Shown here one piece after another: positions 50,387 through 57,219 of a stretch of 57,219 nucleotides of DNA (its first letter is position 1; every line of letters starts with the position of its first letter). The stretch is from NCBI GenBank assembly GCA_040400605.1, contig JBBAPZ010000010.1, positions 1-57,219 on the forward strand, written 5' to 3'. The notes under the pieces are model-generated. The model worked only from the letters and a program-made list of their open reading frames with translations, did no database searches and was not told the DNA's origin. The position numbers and the translations under genes are program-made. This DNA comes from Candidatus Sericytochromatia bacterium (GTDB taxonomy: Bacteria > Cyanobacteriota > Sericytochromatia > S15B-MN24 > JAQBPE01).

Positions 50387-51064
50387 ATGCGGCGCTTGTA
50401 TCGGTTTTCGGCGGGAGTGCTCGCGGTTGCGGTGGCGGCGGGCTGCGGCGTCACAGGTATTGATGAGCCGGCCCGCGCCGTTGCGAGGCAACAGGCAAGC
50501 CCGATGAATGTGTTGGCGGATCCTGTGGATGTTCCTGGTATGATTCGCGCCTACACAGCGGTGCAAGGCTTTGACGCCGAGGCGATGAACAAGCGAACGG
50601 ACCTGTTGGCTCAGCTAAGAGATTCGGATGATGACGAGGCGATGGCTTTCGTCCAGGCTGAATTCGATCGCTTGCAAGATGCCCCGGATGCCGTGCGAAA
50701 TCAGTTGGGCGAGGCGTTGCTTGGTGCCATTGACGGTCTCGATACTTACGATGAAGCCATTGATGGTCCGTTCATCGCGGCGGGCGCCGGCACCACTGCC
50801 GAGCAGGGCCAACAGTATATGGAGTCGATGGCGCGTCATCGCCGTCGCAAAGGCGTGATTCATTTCTTGACGACACCTTTTCGCTGGGTTGGTAATGGAT
50901 TCAAGGCAGTGTGGAATGGTATTCGCGGTAAGAAAAAGCGCAAGCGTCGCCGTCGTCGTCGCACGTACCCGGATCCCTATTCCGGAGGTGGTGGGTACGG
51001 GGATCCCTACAGTGGCGGTGGATACAGTGACCCGTATTCAAGTGGTTACAGCTCTCGTTATTGA
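50387..51064 (+). CDS. Lipoprotein with a poly-Lys/Arg tract and a Tyr/Gly/Ser repeat tail
   Basis: AAGC lipobox, GGAGG RBS, KKKRKRRRRRR and three YxDPYS repeats. Confidence 0.82.
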   Translation: MRRLYRFSAGVLAVAVAAGCGVTGIDEPARAVARQQASPMNVLADPVDVPGMIRAYTAVQGFDAEAMNKRTDLLAQLRDSDDDEAMAFVQAEFDRLQDAPDAVRNQLGEALLGAIDGLDTYDEAIDGPFIAAGAGTTAEQGQQYMESMARHRRRKGVIHFLTTPFRWVGNGFKAVWNGIRGKKKRKRRRRRRTYPDPYSGGGGYGDPYSGGGYSDPYSSGYSSRY

Positions 51065-51088
51065 TTAGGTCTTGTCGAAGTCAATCCT

Positions 51089-51128
51089 GGCGGCTCATTT
51101 CTGGAAAGAAGTGGGCCGTCTGATTTTT
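51089..51128 (+). terminator. Intrinsic terminator-like hairpin
   Basis: ggcggctcatttct-ggaa-agaagtgggccgtc followed by tgattttt. Confidence 0.6.
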
Positions 51129-51500
51129 GATTGATATCGAGTGGGTGTTGGATTCTCGTGGCGTCAATCGCGTGCATCGGTTGTTCGTTAAAGGTTTATT
51201 GGGGTCAGGCGGTCCGTCCTGCTCGGGGTTGGCAGGATCACTGCGGTGTCTTTATCTGGGCGGGGTGAGCTGATCAACCAGACGGTCCAGCCACCCGATT
51301 GACCGATTGTTTGTTAAATGTTTTAACATTCGGCGGCCGTTGGCACCATTGCGTGGTCTTTTTGCGTCTTGATGGTGCCAGAATCCGACAGCTCGATCGG
51401 TCAATCTGATGGTTCCCCTGACGGTTCCTATCTCGTTCTAAGTGTTCTCGGGCTGGGTAAATAATTACTTGGGTAGTCATTAGCTGCGCAGAGTATACCA

Positions 51501-52898
51501 ATGAGACAATACGAGCGTGTCTGGGGTTGGATCGTGGTGGGCAGTGTGGTAACACTGGTTGCTTGTCAGCCTGCTGGCAACAGGTTGTTTGGGCAGACAA
51601 ATTATCTGTCTGTGACCAATAAATCTCCGGTCACTGTGCCGGTGCCGAGTGCGTCGTCGCGTGTCGCGTCGCCTGGCGCGAGTGCGACCCCTTTGGTAAT
51701 GCCCTCCGCTTCCGAGACGCCGTTGGTGCAAGCCAGTGTGCTGCCTACAGTGTTACCGAGTGTTCCTGCAACGCCATCGCCGACGCCGGTTCCTGTGGTG
51801 ACTTTGTTCGCGGGGACGGATCGCGATGCGAGCACAGATGTGAATGGTGATGGAAAGACGGATTGGAAGGATACGGGTGGTTTTTCGGAGGGTACCGGTG
51901 TCAGTGCGCGCTTCAACGCCCCGGAAGGAATTGCGTGCGACACGGAGGGCAATGTGTTCGTTGCAGATACGCTCAATCACCGGGTACGTAAAATTACCCG
52001 TGAAGGCGTAGTAACGACGTATGCGGGGACGGGTGAGCAAGGCAGTGTCAATGGTCCGCGTACCTTGGCGAAATTCAGTGGGCCGGCTGGTGTGGCAGTT
52101 TCGAGAAATGGGACGGTATATGTGGCGGATCGCGGCAATTGTGCCGTTCGCAAGATCACGCCCGCTGGCCAGGTGAGCACGCTGGCCGGCCCTGTAGAGA
52201 TTTCAGGATTTGCGTCGCCGCAAGGTTATGTCAATGGAACGGGCGATGCGGCCAGGTTTGATCTGTTTGCCCGTTTGACGGTGGATGCCAATGACAATGT
52301 GTACGTGACGGATGGTCAGAACAACTGCATTCGCAAGATTACCCCTGCCGGGGTCGTGACGACGGTGGCAGGTCCTGATCGCCTGCCGACGGTAGACCGT
52401 GACAAAAATGGTGTGATCAACGTGTTTGATTTCTTTGGCTGGAAGGATGGCCCGGCTGCGGAAGCAGAGTTTTATGTGCCATATGGGTTGGTTTTTGATC
52501 CTGATGGCAATATTTTTGTCGCGGATAATCAAAACAATCGCATCAGGAAAATTTCCAAAGATGGTCTGGTTGGCACCTTGGCAGGCGGTGAGAAGTTTGG
52601 TGTTGACGAGGGGGTGGGCACGGGGGCCACTTTTTTTAACATGCGTGCGATTACACGAGAGCCATCGGGTAATTTGTTGTTGGTACAGCCAACCGACAAC
52701 ATGATTCGGCGGGTTACTCCGGCTGGTCAGGTGAGCAATTTTGCCGGAAAAAAGGATGCGGGGCGTTTGAATGGTCCCATCAGCAAAGATGGCAAAGCGT
52801 TTGCGACTTTTAATCATCCGATTGATGTCGCGGTAGATGGGGCAGGTATCATTTATGTGTTGGAGTTGCGTAGCCATGGTGTGCGACGTATTCAGTGA
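51501..52898 (+). CDS. NHL-repeat beta-propeller lipoprotein
   Basis: LVAC lipobox and repeated FNAPEGIACDTEGNVFVADTLNHRVRKI-type units. Confidence 0.9.
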   Translation: MRQYERVWGWIVVGSVVTLVACQPAGNRLFGQTNYLSVTNKSPVTVPVPSASSRVASPGASATPLVMPSASETPLVQASVLPTVLPSVPATPSPTPVPVVTLFAGTDRDASTDVNGDGKTDWKDTGGFSEGTGVSARFNAPEGIACDTEGNVFVADTLNHRVRKITREGVVTTYAGTGEQGSVNGPRTLAKFSGPAGVAVSRNGTVYVADRGNCAVRKITPAGQVSTLAGPVEISGFASPQGYVNGTGDAARFDLFARLTVDANDNVYVTDGQNNCIRKITPAGVVTTVAGPDRLPTVDRDKNGVINVFDFFGWKDGPAAEAEFYVPYGLVFDPDGNIFVADNQNNRIRKISKDGLVGTLAGGEKFGVDEGVGTGATFFNMRAITREPSGNLLLVQPTDNMIRRVTPAGQVSNFAGKKDAGRLNGPISKDGKAFATFNHPIDVAVDGAGIIYVLELRSHGVRRIQ

Positions 52899-52918
52899 GT
52901 GTTGTTGACCAGGCATGA

Positions 52919-53431
52919 GTGTTGAGGCGTGTCGTCGTGAATGAATCACCCGAAGTCAAGTTGAAAGAGAGTTGGATTCGGATCAAAAACATGGCTGTCG
53001 CTGCGGCCATGATTGTTGTGATGGTGGGTCGCCACCTGGCTGTCGGCGTGGTTGGCAAGCGCTTGGAAAACGGTGCGATGCGGACGGTTCACGCAGGGAC
53101 GGCTTGGGGCTCGCGGATGGTGTTGCGTTTGATGCCGCGCATCAACCATTGGCAGCAGCGCGCATTGGATACGCGTCAGCGTGTGTGGCGGCGGGTGTTG
53201 GTCGCTTTGATTGCGGTGGTCGGCCCGGTTGAGGCCTATCTGAATCGGGTCTTGATGAAAGCCCGACAAGGCTCGCACCGTGTGATGCGCAAATCCGTCA
53301 CCACGTCTGTGAAGATTCTGGCGCCGATGGTGACCGCTTTGGCTGATGGTATCAAGGCTGGTTTGAACCGTCCCGGTATGCAAAAAACGGTGGCGCGCTT
53401 ACACAAAATTGCGGAAGATTCAAAAAAATAG
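52919..53431 (+). CDS. Basic hypothetical protein (start uncertain)
   Basis: ORF fills the gap between co-oriented genes; no recognised motif. Confidence 0.5.
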   Translation: MLRRVVVNESPEVKLKESWIRIKNMAVAAAMIVVMVGRHLAVGVVGKRLENGAMRTVHAGTAWGSRMVLRLMPRINHWQQRALDTRQRVWRRVLVALIAVVGPVEAYLNRVLMKARQGSHRVMRKSVTTSVKILAPMVTALADGIKAGLNRPGMQKTVARLHKIAEDSKK

Positions 53432-53520
53432 TCTGTTTCCCGTCCCGTTCCGCACGTTGACCCCGCAGGGTGGGTGCCTGTAGTAGAATGGTGGCAGTTG
53501 TTGTGAGTGTCGGGGGTGTT

Positions 53521-54864
53521 GTGCGTATTGCCATCATTGGGAGTGGTTACGTGGGGTTGGTGACCGGGGCGTGTTTTGCGCATTTGGGTCATCAAGTCAT
53601 TTGCGTGGATAACCAGGTGGCGAAGATTGAGAAACTGCTTCAGGGTGTGATGCCCATTTATGAGCCTGGTTTGGATGTTTTGGTCAAAACCAATGTGGCT
53701 GAGGGGCGTTTGAACTTCAGTTGTGACATCATGGGTGCGACCCGAGAGAGCGATATTATTTTTATCTGTGTGGGGACGCCTCCAAAACCCAATGGTGAAG
53801 CTGATTTGTCGGCTTTTGAAAGGGTTGCGGCGGAAATGGCGCCGGCGATGTGTGATGGGTACAAGTTGGTGGTTGAAAAAAGCACGGTGCCGGTTCGAAC
53901 GGGTGAATGGCTGGCCGGGGTATTGGGTGCTCATTTGCCGCCGGGTGCGAATTTTGATATTGCCAGCAATCCTGAGTTTTTGCGTGAAGGGTCCGCGATC
54001 AAGGATTTTCTTGAAACGGATCGGGTGGTGTTGGGGGTGAATGCCGATCGCGCGGCATCCCTGCTGGTTAAATTGTATGCGCCTTTGAACGCGCCCATTT
54101 TGATTACGGATCTTAATTCTGCGGAGTTGATCAAGCACGCCAGCAATGCGTTTTTGGCGATGAAAATCAGCTTCATAAACGCGGTGGCGCGTTTGTGTGA
54201 ATTGACTGGTGCGGATATCAACAAAGTGGCCAAGGGGGTGGGGTTGGATCAGCGCATTGGAGAGCAATTCCTTAAAGCCGGTGTGGGGTATGGTGGTGCC
54301 TGTTTTCCGAAAGATGTGAGTGCCTTCATTGCGATCGCCCAGCAGCACGGGTATGATTTTGAGTTGCTGCGGGCGGTTGAGGCCATTAACGTGAGTCAAC
54401 GCCACCATCTGGCAGACAAGGTGTTCAAGGCGCTGGGGCATGATCTGAGTGGCCGTTCGGTCGGTGTCTTGGGATTGGCTTTCAAGCCCAACACCGATGA
54501 TATGCGGGGCGCGCCCTCGGTGGATATCATTCCTTTGTTACAGGGCGCGGGCGCTCAGGTGCGTGTCTATGATCCGGTGGCGCATGATAATGCCCGGGTG
54601 TTGCTTTCTGATGTCGTGTTTTGTGAAAATCCTTACACCGTGGCTGAGGGTGTGGACTGTTTGGTGATTTTGACGGAATGGAGCGAGTTTACATCCCTTA
54701 ATTTGCCCTATCTGAAAACCTTGATGAAGCAACCTGTCATCGTGGATGGTCGCAATTTGTTTGATCCCTGGAAAATGGGGCAACTGGGTATCACGTATCA
54801 TTCGATCGGCCGCCCGGAACTCGCCACGTCCATCGTTGATGCCTTACCCGGTTCGCCGGTGTGA
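53521..54864 (+). CDS. ugd: UDP-glucose 6-dehydrogenase
   Basis: IGSGYVGL, KSTVP, SNPEFLREG and GYGGACFPKD. Confidence 0.95.
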   Translation: MRIAIIGSGYVGLVTGACFAHLGHQVICVDNQVAKIEKLLQGVMPIYEPGLDVLVKTNVAEGRLNFSCDIMGATRESDIIFICVGTPPKPNGEADLSAFERVAAEMAPAMCDGYKLVVEKSTVPVRTGEWLAGVLGAHLPPGANFDIASNPEFLREGSAIKDFLETDRVVLGVNADRAASLLVKLYAPLNAPILITDLNSAELIKHASNAFLAMKISFINAVARLCELTGADINKVAKGVGLDQRIGEQFLKAGVGYGGACFPKDVSAFIAIAQQHGYDFELLRAVEAINVSQRHHLADKVFKALGHDLSGRSVGVLGLAFKPNTDDMRGAPSVDIIPLLQGAGAQVRVYDPVAHDNARVLLSDVVFCENPYTVAEGVDCLVILTEWSEFTSLNLPYLKTLMKQPVIVDGRNLFDPWKMGQLGITYHSIGRPELATSIVDALPGSPV

Positions 54865-54867
54865 GGT

Positions 54868-55647
54868 TTGACAATGATTCTTGCCATCAACGGTCAACGT
54901 GTGCACGTTGAAACCTATGGTGAGACGGGTGATCCCGTTTTGCTGTTGCACGGGGCTTTGGCTGACATCATGCAGAATTGGCGCATGGTTCTTGCACCCC
55001 TTTCCGTCAAACACCGGCTGATTGCCGTTGATTTGCGTGGACATGGTCTCAGCGACAATCCTTCCGGTATTTTTACGCTGGATGCGTTGCAGACGGATGC
55101 CTTGGCCGTCTTGGATGCTTTGGATATCCCCAAAGCGCATGTGTTGGGTTGTTCTTTGGGGGGCTACACGGCGTTGGCGCTGCGATTGAAAGCCCCTGAG
55201 CGTGTGGCGAGTCTCGCTTTGGCAGGTGTCAAGCTTGGTTTTGATGCAGCCGCCGCTGCGGCGCGTGCCGAGTTTTTTTATCCCGAGAAAATTTTGAAAG
55301 CGCATCCTTTGTGGGAGTCCATGCTGGCGACGGCGCACGGTCGGTATGAGGGGCCGGAACACTGGAAGACTTTGACCGGATGGGTAAGGGGGCTGGTTGC
55401 CACCTTGCATGAGTATCCGGCATTGTCGTGGGAGGTTTTGGCATCTGAGCGTGAGCAACGGGGGCTTTTTTATGCTGTGGGCGATCGCGATGATCTGGTC
55501 CCCATTGAGGAAGTTACCAAGGTGCGACGTGCACGCTCCGATGCGGAGATTTTGGTCCTCCCCCGCGCGGGCCATTTATTTCGCGAATACAACGCCCAGG
55601 TCTTTAGCGCGGCTTACCTCGACTTCTTGCGCCGCCACCGCATTTAA
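54868..55647 (+). CDS. Alpha/beta hydrolase
   Basis: LLHG, DLRGHGLS, GCSLGG nucleophile elbow, GDRD and AGH. Confidence 0.9.
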   Translation: MTMILAINGQRVHVETYGETGDPVLLLHGALADIMQNWRMVLAPLSVKHRLIAVDLRGHGLSDNPSGIFTLDALQTDALAVLDALDIPKAHVLGCSLGGYTALALRLKAPERVASLALAGVKLGFDAAAAAARAEFFYPEKILKAHPLWESMLATAHGRYEGPEHWKTLTGWVRGLVATLHEYPALSWEVLASEREQRGLFYAVGDRDDLVPIEEVTKVRRARSDAEILVLPRAGHLFREYNAQVFSAAYLDFLRRHRI

Positions 55648-55822
55648 ACGGATATTCGATGGTTCGCGGCGAAAAATCCCGGAAATCGACTCATAGCCTT
55701 ATCGACTAAAAATATTCGATCCACAAAACGATCGAGACCAATTTGCACGCAAGGTGCCCTGCACCAAACACCCAAACGATGTTTCAAGCACGGTCTGATT
55801 TTATGAAGTGTCGAACAAGCAT
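55645..55822 (+). repeat. Repeat family B, full-length copy
   Basis: Reference copy aligned with 41120-41292 (reverse), 22590-22705, 30150-30322 and 13447-13521. Confidence 0.88.
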
Positions 55823-55976
55823 TTAGTGGACGGTTAGTCATGGGGATGACAAGCTGACGATTTCAACACAATACTTGCATTAATTGAAGGTTTGATTTAA
55901 TTTGGGATTATAAAGTTAAAGTTAAGGTTAAAAATGCTGTTGAATTGGGTGTAAGAGAGTTTGAAAGGGGACAAAG

Positions 55977-56858
55977 GTGTCACATTCGAAGCGTGCTGGT
56001 CTGGCACTGTTGGCGTTATTCGGTTGGGGTTGTTCTCAAGTGTCGGCGGTCAATGCCGTCCAGCCGTTACCGACGGGTGCCACACCGGGAGTGCTCAATG
56101 TGGCAGGGGTGACGCGCAAACTCGGTTATGATGTGATGCGTTTCCGGACTCGTTTGAAGCAGACGCTGAAGCCGGTGCGGATGCCTCGTCAGGGCTTGTT
56201 ACCCACGAAGGTTGATCTTCGCTCGCAGTGTCCGAATATCTATGATCAAGGTTCGCTTGGCAGTTGTACCGCATTTGCGATGGGCAACGGCTTGCGTGAG
56301 TTTATGCAACGCACGCGTAACGAGACGGCGACACAGCTGTCGCCCCTTTGGTTGTATTACGAAGAGCGCGTGCACATGGGACCCGAATATGTGAACCAGG
56401 ACTCTGGCGCGAACATGGTTGATGGCATGTGGGTACTTGAAAACAAGGGAGTGCCCGCTGAGACTCAGTGGCCTTACATTATTGGCCGTTTCAAGGTGAA
56501 GCCGAGCGACGAGTCCAATGCGGCAGCGGCCCAGTGGAAGATTAGTAAGTCTTTGCCGCTTGCTGGTTTTGACGACGTCAAGACGGCTTTGGCATCCGGT
56601 AAAGCAGTGGCATTTGGATTCGAAGTTTACGCCCGTTTCATGTCCATTGGTCGAAACGGAAAGATGCCGATGCCGGGTGTTGCGGAACGCGTGGTTGGCG
56701 GGCACGCCGTTCTGGCGGTTGGTTATGACGATGCACAGGAGTGTCTCATTGTGCGTAACTCGTGGGGCCAACGTTGGGGTGATCGCGGCTACTTCTACAT
56801 GCCGTATGCGTTTGCGAAAGACACGGAAAAAGCGATGGAGTGGTTCACTGCCGAGTGA
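55977..56858 (+). CDS. Papain-like C1 cysteine peptidase, lipoprotein
   Basis: DQGSLGSCTAF, GGHAVLAVGY and RNSWG; GWGC lipobox. Confidence 0.92.
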   Translation: MSHSKRAGLALLALFGWGCSQVSAVNAVQPLPTGATPGVLNVAGVTRKLGYDVMRFRTRLKQTLKPVRMPRQGLLPTKVDLRSQCPNIYDQGSLGSCTAFAMGNGLREFMQRTRNETATQLSPLWLYYEERVHMGPEYVNQDSGANMVDGMWVLENKGVPAETQWPYIIGRFKVKPSDESNAAAAQWKISKSLPLAGFDDVKTALASGKAVAFGFEVYARFMSIGRNGKMPMPGVAERVVGGHAVLAVGYDDAQECLIVRNSWGQRWGDRGYFYMPYAFAKDTEKAMEWFTAE

Positions 56859-56870
56859 TCTACCCAGCTT

Positions 56871-56897
56871 TGGGGGGAGACAGTCAGTTTCCCCCCA
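56871..56897 (+). terminator. GC-rich hairpin after the C1 peptidase gene
   Basis: tggggggagac-agtca-gtttcccccca; no clear U-tract. Confidence 0.45.
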
Positions 56898-57219
56898 CGC
56901 AAGGTTCAAGATTGTATGCTTCCGGCGGGGCCTCGCAATCGTTGTCACTTAGGGCGTTTAGGCTCGAAGATGTTGTACTAAACCCTTTCGTCTATATGTT
57001 GGCGAGATGGAAGATAAATTTGAGCCGACGCAGAAGTGCCACGCCATTCCACGGCGATTGGCGCTTCGCCCGTTCTACTCAAGCCGCCAAATCGTAAAAT
57101 TTGTTTTTGTACCAGTTTTCAGTGCGAGACATCCTGTTGCAATCGTCTATCAGTTGTCCGGTTTTTGTGTTGCTTCAGGATTAGTCGCCTTGGTGGCTGC
57201 TGAGCTGCCGGGCTTGGGG

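Noticed and set aside
21141..51476. GGGTA motif upstream of several genes (SigF/SigB-like)
   Set aside because: A 5-mer with variable spacing cannot be distinguished from chance by eye.
53236..54441. 401-aa minus-strand ORF, and similar long antisense ORFs such as 662-1189, 42396-43205 and 31459-32160
   Set aside because: These are shadows of well-supported genes on the opposite strand and have no motifs of their own.

Overview
Bacterial chromosomal window with no rRNA, tRNA or CRISPR array seen. The backbone is housekeeping and envelope genes: a biotin carboxylase-BCCP fusion (cut by the left edge), an NDUFA9-like SDR, CIA30, hutH with split FTCD genes, a YmfF/YmfH M16 pair, an RND pump, GH57, lepB, a cyanophycinase-like gene, a vanadium haloperoxidase/PAP2 protein, dacB, add, apt-relA-rdgB, ugd, a C1 protease, and many Pro/Ser-linker lipoproteins (NHL, cupredoxin). 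GCGATCGC (HIP1) occurs at least 24 times and no photosynthesis genes are present, which suggests a cyanobacteria-related lineage such as Sericytochromatia (inference). The accessory signal has four parts. (i) An IS1634 element sits at the junction of a tandem duplication whose 5' 1.15 kb is near-identical but whose 3' part is strongly diverged. (ii) A dispersed ~100-120 bp imperfect-palindromic repeat (A, about 9 copies) sits head-to-head just upstream of orphan genes, and one gene+promoter+A unit is present in one duplicate copy and absent from the other. This is the candidate undescribed gene-cassette or regulatory system. (iii) Several orphan genes are paralogues that share an N-terminal leader motif and a TGTWAC-N5-TGTAAC promoter box. 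(iv) There are further repeat families B and C, a 111-bp MITE with a TTAG duplication, Fur-like palindromes and a perfect hairpin overlapping a ribosome-binding site. All alignments were done by eye, so repeat boundaries are approximate.
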